64,000 bases of DNA, from assembly GCA_005772855.1 (NCBI GenBank), contig SXIK01000196.1:2100-66099 (forward strand). Direction: 5' to 3'. This document shows, piece by piece, positions 48,145-60,172 of the stretch. The first letter of the stretch is position 1, and the number at the start of each line of letters is the position of its first letter. Made by a program: the position numbers and the translations under genes. Below the pieces are notes generated by a model that saw only the letters and a program-made list of their open reading frames with translations, was not told the DNA's origin and did no database searches. Origin of the DNA: Planctomycetia bacterium. Lineage in GTDB: Bacteria; Planctomycetota; UBA8108; SXIK01.

Positions 48145-49247
48145 CCGGGAAGGATCCTGGAGCGAGAAACGAAATGTTGGACGCCGAGGAAGACAACAGT
48201 TGCGAAATGGCGCCGGACCCAGAGACGAGGAGAATGGGCCTCGATCTCGGTGCCTACGAGACGAGGTTCGTCTTGCCTGCAGAGGATGGGGAGTCGCAGC
48301 CGAGGACGATCACGGTACCCACTCTCCTGTGCTATTCCCGCCAGGAGGCAGAGCCGATGCGATTCTCGTGTATCGGAGAAAAGGCGCTGGCGCGTCGGGA
48401 CCACATGAGGCTTGTTCAGCCTTTTCGCGCCGGGGTGGAAGGCCGTGGGCTCATCCTCCGCGACTTCGCGCAGCACCTCCGCGACCTCACGCAGAGGCGC
48501 GGTGAGCCGTCCCCCTGGGCGGTGGTCAACTGCTCTGTGGGGGCTTCCGAGGAGGAGAAGGCGATGAAGCGCACGATCGCCAACGAGCTCTTTGATCGCG
48601 TGCTCTTCGTGGACGACAGTTTTCTCCTCGCGGTGGGTCTCGCCTCCCAGGAGGTGTGCCAGCACAGCATTCTCATCGACGTCGGCGCGACGGCCATCCG
48701 CGGCGCGCTCATGCACGGCGAAACGCCGTCGCCGGAAGAGCATGTGGAGGGCCCTTCGGGTGGATTTCGTGTCGACGACGCACTCAGGAGGAGCTTCTCC
48801 CTCCGCTATCCGGAGCTGATCCTCACTGGCTGGACCCTCTCCCGGCTGAAGGAGGCGCTCGCGTTTGTGGCCCCGGCTCGTCGGCGCTGCGAGCTCCAGC
48901 TTCAGTACCGAAACAAGCAGAAGCTTGTCGACGTGACCGAGGTAATTCAAGAGGCCTGTTCGACCATCGTGCGTCCGCTACTGCGCGTCGCGAGGGAGCT
49001 GCTTGCGCTTTGCCCGTCGGACGAGGTCGAGGCCTTTCAGCGAAACATTGTCCTGGCGGGTGGATGCGCGGAGATGCCCGGCCTCGTCGCGCGTGTCGAG
49101 GAGGAGCTCCGGGCCGACGGATTCGAGCTGGCTCGAGTCCGCAAGGCCGCCGACTCGAAGATGCTTGTCGCGAAGGGCGCCCATCGCTGGGCCCAGCTTC
49201 TGCGCGAGGACCAGTGGAGCATCCCGCTGTTCAGCTTTGCCAGGTGA
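48141..49247 (+). CDS. Actin-like ATPase (MreB/ParM/FtsA/EutJ superfamily)
   Basis: N-terminal phosphate-1 motif GLDLGAYETRFVL. C-terminal adenosine motif NIVLAGGCAEMPGLVARVEEEL. ~350-aa size. Start ambiguous (GTG 48141 or ATG 48174). Confidence 0.5.
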   Translation: MTGKDPGARNEMLDAEEDNSCEMAPDPETRRMGLDLGAYETRFVLPAEDGESQPRTITVPTLLCYSRQEAEPMRFSCIGEKALARRDHMRLVQPFRAGVEGRGLILRDFAQHLRDLTQRRGEPSPWAVVNCSVGASEEEKAMKRTIANELFDRVLFVDDSFLLAVGLASQEVCQHSILIDVGATAIRGALMHGETPSPEEHVEGPSGGFRVDDALRRSFSLRYPELILTGWTLSRLKEALAFVAPARRRCELQLQYRNKQKLVDVTEVIQEACSTIVRPLLRVARELLALCPSDEVEAFQRNIVLAGGCAEMPGLVARVEEELRADGFELARVRKAADSKMLVAKGAHRWAQLLREDQWSIPLFSFAR

Positions 49248-49336
49248 ACCACGCTCGCAACGCCGCCGCGTGGGACCCTCCGGGGTGGGCTGCCGAGAGC
49301 GTGGCGGAGGCCCGCGGAGCGTGAGGCGATACGTGG

Positions 49337-49448
49337 GACTCCTCGAGGGGAAGGGAGACCTCCCCCGCACCGGGCGCCTCCGGCGCCGATATATCGGTGA
49401 GCGTTGGTCAGGATCCCCCAATCATGGCCGCGGGGAGTATATCCACTG
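49337..49448 (+). repeat. Intergenic repeat element, copy D
   Basis: Collinear with copy A (gactcctcgagggg..gacctcccccgcaccgggcgcctccggcgccgat..ggtgagcgttggtcaggatcccccaatcatggccgcggggagtat). Confidence 0.7.
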
Positions 49449-49481
49449 GCGGCTCTTGCCTCGCCTGCATAAGATCTTCGT

Positions 49482-51209
49482 GTGCGCGAAGTCCTCAGGA
49501 AGTCGAGAGCCCTCCGCCGGGCGGTGAAGTGGTACCGATCGAAGACGGTAGCCGATCCCGGCTGGCGGAAGGTCCTTCAGCGCGACGCGCAGGAGTGGCA
49601 AAGTGCCCTTGAGAAGGCTCGAAATGGTCCGAAGGTGCTCCTGGCGACAAGCCTCGGCGGCTACTGGGCCGGGACGACACTGGAGAGCTTGCTGGCCCTG
49701 TCGCTGACGCTGCGAGGCGCGAACGTGGAGGTGCTCCTGTGCGATGGAGTCCTCCCGGCCTGTCAGGCCTGTGAAGCTCGAGCCTACAGGAGCCTCGAAC
49801 GATTTGCTCGACGGGGGCCTCAGGCGGACCTCTGCGGCAACTGCTTCGAGCCAGGCCGGCGAATCTTCGAGGGTCTGGGCCTGAAGGTCCACCGCTATAC
49901 CTCGTTCCTCACGCCGGAAGAGGCCGAGTTGGCTTCCCGTCTGGCCGAGCAGATCCGCTTCGAGGACATCGCCGCGTACACACTCGACCGGGTCAAGGTC
50001 GGCGAACACGCGCTCGCTGGAGCGCTCCGTTTCTTTGCCCGCGGCGACCTTACCGGCGAGCAGCTCGCCGATCCCGTCCTCCGTCGTTACTTGAAGGCGG
50101 CCATGCTGACGACCTATGCCGCTCGCAGGATCCTTGCTGGCGGAAGCTTTGAGTGCGCGGCATTTCATCATGGAATCTACGTGCCGCAAGGCTTGATGGG
50201 TGAGGTGGCTCGCAGTTTGGCGACTCGCGTCGTGAACTGGAATCCTGCCTATCGCAAGCGATGCTTCGTGTTTAGCCACGGCGACACGTACCATCACACG
50301 CTCCTTGACGAGCCGACGTCGGCCTGGGAAGCCCTGAGCTGGGACGAGGGGCAGGAATCGCAGCTACTCGGTTACCTCAAGAGCCGCTCTCAGGGCACTG
50401 AGGATTGGATCTGGTTCCACAAGAATCCTCTCGAAAATATCGAGGCGCAGGCGGAGGAGATCGGGCTCGACCTCGCGAGACCCTACGTGGGGCTTCTCAC
50501 CAACGTCATCTGGGACGCGCAGCTTCACTATCCCCGCAGTGCCTTTGGGGGCCACATGGAATGGATTCTCGAGACCGTGCGTTACTTCGCTGCACGGAGC
50601 GATCTTCAGCTCGTCATCCGCATCCACCCGGCCGAGGTGCGGGGCACGCTGCCATCCCGTCAGAAAACAGCTGATGAGCTGGCCAGGTCATTTCCCGAGC
50701 TGCCTCGCAATGTCGTGGTCATTCCACCGGAGAGCCGGTTGAGCACCTATGCCCTCATGGAGCGTGCCAACGCGGCCTTGATCTACGGCACAAAGACGGG
50801 CGTCGAGCTGGCCGCGATTGGGATCCCGGTAATTGTCGCAGGCGAGGCCTGGGTGCGAGGAAAGGGCTTCACGCTTGACGCGAGATCGCGGGGGGATTAC
50901 GTGCGTTGGCTCGAGTGCTTGCCGCTGAAGGATCGAATGCTTCCCTCCGCCGTCGAGCGAGCGCGAAAATACGCCTATCACTTCTTCTTCCGCCGCATGA
51001 TCCCGCTCGAGTGCATGGAGCCCACGGGCGGCGACCCACCCTACACCGTTCGCGTCGAGCGGCTGCGGGAGCTCGAGCCCGGCCGCCAGCGCGGTCTTGA
51101 CGTGATCTGCGATGGAATCCTGAGGGGCTCGCCCTTCATCTATCCCGCCGAGGAGATGCCCCGAAAGCTCACGGCGAGCCTGACGGGTGCCCTTGAGCCG
51201 GCCCGCTGA
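49482..51209 (+). CDS. Putative GT-B glycosyltransferase of the capsule-biosynthesis KpsC/KpsS / TagF-like type (CMP- or CDP-sugar dependent)
   Basis: 575 aa, cytoplasmic, two Rossmann-like halves. Conserved-looking LVIRIHPAE (H-P motif) as in CMP-sugar/CDP-glycerol dependent GT-B transferases. Sits at the head of a nonulosonate sugar cluster. Assignment by weak motif and context only. Confidence 0.35.
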   Translation: MREVLRKSRALRRAVKWYRSKTVADPGWRKVLQRDAQEWQSALEKARNGPKVLLATSLGGYWAGTTLESLLALSLTLRGANVEVLLCDGVLPACQACEARAYRSLERFARRGPQADLCGNCFEPGRRIFEGLGLKVHRYTSFLTPEEAELASRLAEQIRFEDIAAYTLDRVKVGEHALAGALRFFARGDLTGEQLADPVLRRYLKAAMLTTYAARRILAGGSFECAAFHHGIYVPQGLMGEVARSLATRVVNWNPAYRKRCFVFSHGDTYHHTLLDEPTSAWEALSWDEGQESQLLGYLKSRSQGTEDWIWFHKNPLENIEAQAEEIGLDLARPYVGLLTNVIWDAQLHYPRSAFGGHMEWILETVRYFAARSDLQLVIRIHPAEVRGTLPSRQKTADELARSFPELPRNVVVIPPESRLSTYALMERANAALIYGTKTGVELAAIGIPVIVAGEAWVRGKGFTLDARSRGDYVRWLECLPLKDRMLPSAVERARKYAYHFFFRRMIPLECMEPTGGDPPYTVRVERLRELEPGRQRGLDVICDGILRGSPFIYPAEEMPRKLTASLTGALEPAR

Positions 51210-52338
51210 GGTCTCTCTACCGCACCTGTTCGAACGCCGCACCATCGCGGTCAATGGCCTCTTTCTCACGCAGCGCGTCACTGGAGTTCAGCGTTACGCT
51301 CGGGAGTTGTGTGTTCACCTGGCGCAGGCTGCCCCGGCAAGGTATCGCCTGGTGCTCATTTCCCCGCGCCGCGGTGCCGCCGACATTCCGCCCGATGTCG
51401 AGGTCGTGCTCGATGAGACGCGGCTACCTTCCCCGCTCTGGACACAGGTCCGTCTTCCCTTTCTGGCTCGCCGCGTGGGGGCGGATCTGCTCTGGTCTCC
51501 GACGAACATCGGCCCGCTGGCGGTACGCCGGCAGATCATCACGATCTTTGACGCCTCTGTGTTTGCTTGCCCCGAAGCTTTTTCGTTTGCATTTCGAGCC
51601 TACTACCGCCTCCTCCTTCCGCGCCTGGGCCGCCGCGCCCTGCGGGTGGTGACGGTCAGCGAGTTCTCGCGTTGCGAGCTCCTGCGCTTCGGCATGGCAC
51701 GGCCCAGTCGGATCGATATAGTTTCTTGCGGAGTCTCCCGAGCGTTTCATGCCGGCTGCGATGCCGGGCCGTGGTGCGAGAAGCAGCCGTACGTGCTCAC
51801 TGTCGGCTCTCGCGATCCACGCAAGGATTTGGCAACGCTCCTCTCTGCCTGGAGGCTCCTGCCAGAATCGATTCGTGGCCGGCGCAAGCTCCTCGTTGCG
51901 GGGGGTGGGGGAAATGTCTTCGCTGGCGAGGCGCTCGAGCCGTTGCCCGAGGGTGTGGAGCTCCTCGGGCGGGTGCGCGAGGCTGATCTGCCGGGTCTTT
52001 ATGCCGCAAGCGACCTCTTCGTCTACCCGTCTCGATACGAGGGGTTCGGCTTGCCGCCGCTCGAGGCGATGGCTTCTGGAACGTGCGTTCTTGCCTCCCG
52101 CGCTTCGAGCCTGCCCGAGGTTCTCGGAGATGCGGCTGCGTACTTTGAGCCTCGTGATCCCGGGGATCTCGCCGGGCGCATCCAGGCGCTCCTGGAAAGC
52201 AGCGAGGAGCGAAGCCGGCTTCGCTCCGCTGGCCTCCGGCGCGCCCTGCGGTTCACCTGGGAGTCAGCGGCTGTCCAGATGCTACGGATCCTTGATGAGA
52301 TCTTCAGCGGACCGCCATTTCGGAACCTGCGCCCGTGA
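51187..52338 (+). CDS. Glycosyltransferase family 4 (GT-B, group 1)
   Basis: Canonical GT4 C-terminal motif (FVYPSRYEGFGLPPLEAMASGTCVLAS). Confidence 0.75.
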   Translation: MPLSRPAEVSLPHLFERRTIAVNGLFLTQRVTGVQRYARELCVHLAQAAPARYRLVLISPRRGAADIPPDVEVVLDETRLPSPLWTQVRLPFLARRVGADLLWSPTNIGPLAVRRQIITIFDASVFACPEAFSFAFRAYYRLLLPRLGRRALRVVTVSEFSRCELLRFGMARPSRIDIVSCGVSRAFHAGCDAGPWCEKQPYVLTVGSRDPRKDLATLLSAWRLLPESIRGRRKLLVAGGGGNVFAGEALEPLPEGVELLGRVREADLPGLYAASDLFVYPSRYEGFGLPPLEAMASGTCVLASRASSLPEVLGDAAAYFEPRDPGDLAGRIQALLESSEERSRLRSAGLRRALRFTWESAAVQMLRILDEIFSGPPFRNLRP

Positions 52339-55347
<3,009 letters not shown>

Positions 55348-55509
55348 GAGCTGAGTTTTTTCTCTGGTATGTCTCTGCGGTCGGGATCTCCTCTGCGCAA
55401 GTGGCTCCCTTTAGCATCTTGCGGACCCGAAAGGAAGGGGGCGCTCCTCTGGCATCCTGCTCGAGGAGGCTTGCCTTGAGGGTTGCGCAGACCGTGCGAG
55501 GCCGGTGCC

Positions 55510-56283
55510 TTACCCCGCCCACTTCGCTTGCGGTACCTCGGGCAGCGTCGCCTCGCCGCGCTCGAGATAGAGCTCGGCCAGGTCCCAGTCTTCCGGTTGG
55601 TTGATGTCGAAGCCCTCGAGGCCCTCGGTCACGAAGGGTACGACCGTCTCGCCGGCGATGGTGCGGTTATCGAGCACGACGCGGGTCCACGCGATCTCCA
55701 GGCTCGCGTTTTGAGCGTACACGAGCGGCAGCGCCTGCGTGGGCGTCGAGTGCCACGGCAGCTCCCCGGTGCTGAAGGGCAGGAGGGGCAACAGGCGCCT
55801 CCCCCGAATCACCCACATCTTGCCCGGGTGCTGCGAGCACTTCTCCACAGCCCTCAGCGAGTCGACCGGTTCCGAGACGAACGTGCGCCAGGCGCGTACG
55901 ATCGTCGAAGGCAGCCGGAACGGGCTGGTGGGGCGTAGAAGGCTGAAGGAGTCGGGCTTACGGCCGCCTCTATCGAGCTCGCGAAGGAGGTGCTCGAGCC
56001 ACTCGATGTCGGGCGAGTGATCTCCGGCGTATTCGGTTGGGCGCAGGAACGGAACCTCGGCACCGTAGTGCCGGGCGATTCTCGCGATCTCTTCCGAGTC
56101 CGTGGAGACAATGACCTCGCGGAATACGCCGCTGGCTCGTGCGGCGGCGATGGTGTAGGCGAGGAGCGGGTGGCCTCGTAGAGCACGGATGTTCTTCTGC
56201 TTCACCCGTTTCGATCCGCTCCTGGCCGGCACGAGCGCCACGGCCGTCGGGCTTCCTGCCGTGCTGACTTCACTGGACGCCAC
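55510..56283 (-). CDS. neuA: CMP-nonulosonate/ulosonate synthetase (acylneuraminate cytidylyltransferase family, CTP_transf_3)
   Basis: VALVPARSGSKRVKQKNIRALRGHPLLAYTI N-terminus typical of NeuA/KdsB-family cytidylyltransferases. The specific sugar is not determinable. Confidence 0.75.
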   Translation of the reverse strand: MASSEVSTAGSPTAVALVPARSGSKRVKQKNIRALRGHPLLAYTIAAARASGVFREVIVSTDSEEIARIARHYGAEVPFLRPTEYAGDHSPDIEWLEHLLRELDRGGRKPDSFSLLRPTSPFRLPSTIVRAWRTFVSEPVDSLRAVEKCSQHPGKMWVIRGRRLLPLLPFSTGELPWHSTPTQALPLVYAQNASLEIAWTRVVLDNRTIAGETVVPFVTEGLEGFDINQPEDWDLAELYLERGEATLPEVPQAKWAG

Positions 56284-56289
56284 TCGGGG

Positions 56290-57345
56290 TCAGCTCCACA
56301 GGACACTCGGCTTGATCGGCTCGTCGGGGCTCAGGTGTTTCACAACCTTACGGCCGATCAGGCGGTCAAGCTCGTAGGGGAAGAAGCCCTCGCCGCCTGG
56401 GCTCTTGATGGCAATGTCCTCGGCCGAGAGCACGTGCCCGGGCTCGAGCGATCGCGCCGCGACGAGCTGCTTGCCCATCTTGACGAGGGCGGGCTCCTCG
56501 CTGGGATAGACTCTCTTTTCCCCGGTGCCAAGGGCAACGCGGACGCGGCGCAGGTCCCGCACCAGTTTTTGCATGCCCAGGGGCTCGAGTGAGAAGGCGT
56601 GGTCGGTTCCCTTACTGGCTCGATTGATCGTGAAGTGTTTCTCGATGACTCGGCAGCCCAGGACGTAGGCGGCCACTGGCATGGAGATGCCGTTGTCGTG
56701 GGCGCTGAGCCCGATCACCTTGTCCGGGAAGGTCTCCCGGAAGGTTGTGATCACGCGCAGGTCGAGGTCCTCAAAGCGCGCGGGATAGCCCGCCGTGCAC
56801 TGGAGGAAACAGACCTGCGCGTTGATCGGGGCGATCGCGTCGTGCGCCCTTCGCACGTCCTCGAGCGTCGAGGCGCCCGTCGAGACGATCATGGGTTTTC
56901 CGAATCTGGCGACGTGTTTCAAGAGCGGGATATTTCGGATATCGCCCGACGCGATCTTGATAGCCGGCAGGTCGAATTCGACGAGGAAATCGGCGCTCCG
57001 ATGGTCAAACGCCGTCGAGAAGAAGTCGATCTTGATCTCGTGAGCGAACTTGACCAGCGCCTGGTACTGGCTGCGATCAAATTCGAGGAACTCACGGTGC
57101 TCGCCGTAAGTCTTGCCGAAGCTGTTCTCGTGATCGTAGGGCTTCTCGTAGAGCGCACGTGTGTAGAGCGAGCGGTTGTCGCGCTTCTGAAGCTTCACCG
57201 CGTTGGCGCCTGCGAGTTTCGCCGCGCGAAAAAGCTCCAGGCACTTCTCCATGTCGCCCTGGTGGTTGTGGCCCACCTCGGCGATCACGTAGCAGTCGCT
57301 CTCGTCGTTGATCAGCGTTCCGTTAATCCTAAGCTCGCGCGGCAT
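56290..57345 (-). CDS. neuB: Nonulosonic acid synthase (NeuB family: N-acetylneuraminate / legionaminate / pseudaminate synthase) with C-terminal SAF domain
   Basis: MPRELRINGTLINDESDCYVIAEVGHNHQGDMEKCLELFRAAKLAGANAVKLQKR is a near-canonical NeuB TIM-barrel N-terminus. C-terminal SAF/antifreeze-like domain. Confidence 0.85.
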   Translation of the reverse strand: MPRELRINGTLINDESDCYVIAEVGHNHQGDMEKCLELFRAAKLAGANAVKLQKRDNRSLYTRALYEKPYDHENSFGKTYGEHREFLEFDRSQYQALVKFAHEIKIDFFSTAFDHRSADFLVEFDLPAIKIASGDIRNIPLLKHVARFGKPMIVSTGASTLEDVRRAHDAIAPINAQVCFLQCTAGYPARFEDLDLRVITTFRETFPDKVIGLSAHDNGISMPVAAYVLGCRVIEKHFTINRASKGTDHAFSLEPLGMQKLVRDLRRVRVALGTGEKRVYPSEEPALVKMGKQLVAARSLEPGHVLSAEDIAIKSPGGEGFFPYELDRLIGRKVVKHLSPDEPIKPSVLWS

Positions 57346-57390
57346 GGCACTCTATCTCCTAAAGCATTTCGTGGAATCACGGGGGTCAAC

Positions 57391-58875
57391 TCACCGGGCC
57401 AGGGCCGGTGAAGAGTTGATGTACACCGTTTTCAAATCGGAGTAAACGTCCAGGGCTTCCGTGCCCGCCTCTCGTGTGCCGTTGCCCGAGTCCCCGAGGC
57501 CCCCAAAGGGCATGTGGGGCTCGCTTCCGTAGGTCGGGCCGTTCACCACGGCCACCCCGGCACGGATGCGCTGCAGGAAGACCATCGCCCGATCGATGTT
57601 TTGCGTGTAGAGGGCCGCGGTGAGTCCGAAGGGTGAGTCATTTGCAACGCTAACGGCTGCCTCGAAACTCTTGACGCGGTAAACACACGTGACGGGGCCG
57701 AAGAGCTCTCGGCGGGAGATCTCGGCGAGTGGTTCGACGTTGTCGAGAATCGTCGGGGCCAGGTAGTAGCCTCCCCGATGGGCGGGGTCGTCCAGCCGGT
57801 GCCCCCCGGCGAGAATGCGGGCGCCCTCACTCGTCGCTCTTTCGATCGCCTTGAGCAGATCAAGGAGCTGCCCCTCATGGATCACTGGGCCGAAATCGTC
57901 GGAGTCGGCGGGGCCGACCTTGAGCGATTTCGCTCGTTCGACGAAACGGCGGATGAACTCGTCGTAGACGGCGTCGAAGACGATCACCCGGCTTCCGGAC
58001 GCGCAGCGTTGGCCGGCATTGGAGAAGGCGGCGAGCGTGGCCCCCTCGACGGCCCGGGTGAGGTCCGCATCGTCGGCGATGATCAGGGGGTTCTTGCCAC
58101 CCAGCTCGAGACAGATCTTCGCCATGCGCCGGCCTGCTGTTTCCGCGATCCAACGCCCGACGGCGCAGCTTCCGGTGAAGCTCACAAGGTCGACGTCGCA
58201 AGATTCGACAAGTGGTGCGCCGGCCTCCTCGCCGAGCCCCTGGAGCACGTTGAAAACACCCGGCGGCACTCCGGCCTCGGCTGCAAGTCTCGCGAAGAAG
58301 TGGGCTGTCTCGGGCGTATCTTCCGAAGCCTTCAAGATGGCCGTGTTGCCGCAGAGGAGGGCCGGAAAGGACTTCCAGGCCACGTTCGCTATTGGCGTGT
58401 TGGCGGCAATGATCAACCCGGCCACGCCGAGTGGTTGTCGTGTGATCAGCGCCATTCTGCCTGGCGTCGCGCTGGTGGTCGTCTTGCCGTAGAACCTGCG
58501 TCCCTCGCCGGCGACGAAATAGCCCATCTCGATCGCGGCCCCGGCTTCGCCGAACGCATCCTTGAAGCTCTTGCCCGTCTCGCGGGCGACCACGCTCGCG
58601 ACCTCCTCCCGTCGGACTTCAAGGAGCTTCGAGAGCGTGCGGAGAATCTCCCCTCGGTGAACAACGGTCGTCTGGGCCCACGGCTCGAAGGCGTTTCGCG
58701 CGGCGGTGATCGCACGAGCGGCATCGAGCTTGCGTCCACGGGCGAGCCGGCTCTGGAGAAGGCCCGTGGTCGGATCAAACTTCTCGATCGTTTCTCCCGA
58801 ATCGGAAGGTGTCTCGGCGCCATTGATCCAGTGGGGGACAAAGCGGGGTAGGGTGGGTCCGGGTGTCATTACCAT
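57391..58875 (-). CDS. NAD(P)-dependent aldehyde dehydrogenase
   Basis: ALDH signatures ELGGKNPLII (catalytic Glu) and GQRCASGSRVIV (catalytic Cys). Confidence 0.85.
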   Translation of the reverse strand: MVMTPGPTLPRFVPHWINGAETPSDSGETIEKFDPTTGLLQSRLARGRKLDAARAITAARNAFEPWAQTTVVHRGEILRTLSKLLEVRREEVASVVARETGKSFKDAFGEAGAAIEMGYFVAGEGRRFYGKTTTSATPGRMALITRQPLGVAGLIIAANTPIANVAWKSFPALLCGNTAILKASEDTPETAHFFARLAAEAGVPPGVFNVLQGLGEEAGAPLVESCDVDLVSFTGSCAVGRWIAETAGRRMAKICLELGGKNPLIIADDADLTRAVEGATLAAFSNAGQRCASGSRVIVFDAVYDEFIRRFVERAKSLKVGPADSDDFGPVIHEGQLLDLLKAIERATSEGARILAGGHRLDDPAHRGGYYLAPTILDNVEPLAEISRRELFGPVTCVYRVKSFEAAVSVANDSPFGLTAALYTQNIDRAMVFLQRIRAGVAVVNGPTYGSEPHMPFGGLGDSGNGTREAGTEALDVYSDLKTVYINSSPALAR

Positions 58876-59702
58876 GCGGTGAATCCTCCGTCGACCAGAA
58901 GATCGTGGCCGGTCACGTAGGACGAGGCGTCTGATGCCAGGAACACGAGTGGTCCAACCAGGTCGCTCAGCGTTGCCAGGCGGCCCAGTGGAACGCGGTC
59001 CGAGAACTTCCGCTTGAATTCCTCGTCCTGGGCTCCGAGCACGCCACCGGGGATGAGCGTGTTGACCCGCACCCTGTCACTGGCGAGATGCGTGGCAAGG
59101 TAGCGAGTGAGACTCGAGACGGCCGACTTCGACGCGCCGTACATGGGTGGCTTCAAAAAGGGTGGCTCCAGGGGCAAGTGCTCATACAGCCGGGCGTCCG
59201 GTGACACGCCGGCGTACAAGGAGCCAATATTCACAATGCTTCCGCCTCCAGCGCTGCGAAAGGCGGGCAGAAAGGCCTGCGTTGCCTGAAAAAGCCCGAG
59301 CACGTTGACCTCGAGGATGCGCCGGCAGGCTTCCAGCGGGATCTCGTCGATCCGGTAGGTCTGAGCCGGGCCCGGCGGTTGGTCGATTCCCGCGTTGTTC
59401 ACCAGCACGCTTGGGGGACCGAACGCATCTTCAACCGCAGCGCGAGCGGCATTCAGCGAGGCGCGGCTCGTCACGTCGCAGGCGAAGAGCTGGAGGCTCC
59501 CTTCCCGCCGGGCCTGGAGGTCTCTCAGGGGCGGAGACGGCTTCGCGCCTTCCAGGTCCAGGGCGGCGACACGAGCGCCGGCATCGAGCAACGCTCCCAC
59601 CCAGACCGGGCCGAGTTTGCCGTAAGCGCCTGTGACCACCGCGACACGTCCGTCAAGCCGGAACAAAGCCACCTCCGAATGCTGATCAGTCCCAGAAAAC
59701 AA
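58869..59702 (-). CDS. Short-chain dehydrogenase/reductase (SDR)
   Basis: Cofactor motif VAVVTGAYGKLG. Catalytic YGASK (YxxxK). 277 aa. Confidence 0.8.
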   Translation of the reverse strand: MFSGTDQHSEVALFRLDGRVAVVTGAYGKLGPVWVGALLDAGARVAALDLEGAKPSPPLRDLQARREGSLQLFACDVTSRASLNAARAAVEDAFGPPSVLVNNAGIDQPPGPAQTYRIDEIPLEACRRILEVNVLGLFQATQAFLPAFRSAGGGSIVNIGSLYAGVSPDARLYEHLPLEPPFLKPPMYGASKSAVSSLTRYLATHLASDRVRVNTLIPGGVLGAQDEEFKRKFSDRVPLGRLATLSDLVGPLVFLASDASSYVTGHDLLVDGGFTAW

Positions 59703-59814
59703 GCGAGAAGTATGTCACGAGCGGCGAGCAAAATCCAGAGGGGGATGGCCTGGAAGGGAAATGGCTTTGGACTGCCCCCTCTTGCGTGCCGCCACGTCGG
59801 TCCGGACTTGACTT

Positions 59815-60144
59815 TCATGGCCTGTTCGTCCCTCGCTTGCAATCGTTCCAATATTCGACCGCGCGTTCGATGTCCGCCGACTGCTTCCGTTTGTCGCCGC
59901 TGCTGAGGAGCAAGACCACCGTCTTGCCCGCGCTGGCGTGGTACTCAAGTTAGCCCGGGCCCCAATCGCCCCGCAGCTCCCATACGCCTTTCCGCAGGGG
60001 TTTGCAGTCCCCAAAGTTTCCGGCCGTCAGCCGAGCCATCCGAGCCGCGATCCTGGCTCGCGCTCGTGGGTCGCTCAGGTCCGCCAGCCACTCGCCGACG
60101 ACATCCCGGCCGGCCTCGGTGACGTGGCGGCGTACTTCCATCAT
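59815..60144 (-). pseudogene. HigB/Gp49-like (RelE/ParE superfamily, 'addiction module killer') toxin gene interrupted by an in-frame TAA
   Basis: Minus-strand translation from ATG 60144 gives MMEVRRHV...ARIAARMARLTAGNFGDCKPLRKGVWELRGDWGPG, then TAA at 59950-59952. The same frame continues LEYHASAGKTVVLLLSSGDKRKQSADIERAVEYWNDCKRG to TGA at 59815. Together this is a full-length Gp49/HigB-like toxin with the conserved Tyr codon replaced by a stop. No HTH antitoxin gene follows. Confidence 0.6.
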
Positions 60145-60166
60145 TCTGATCGAATGCAACTCGTAA

Positions 60167-60172
60167 ATTATA
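60167..60172 (-). promoter_or_regulatory. Perfect TATAAT -10-like hexamer ~22 nt upstream of the toxin pseudogene start
   Basis: Plus-strand attata at 60167-60172 reads TATAAT on the minus strand. No good -35 hexamer. Confidence 0.25.
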
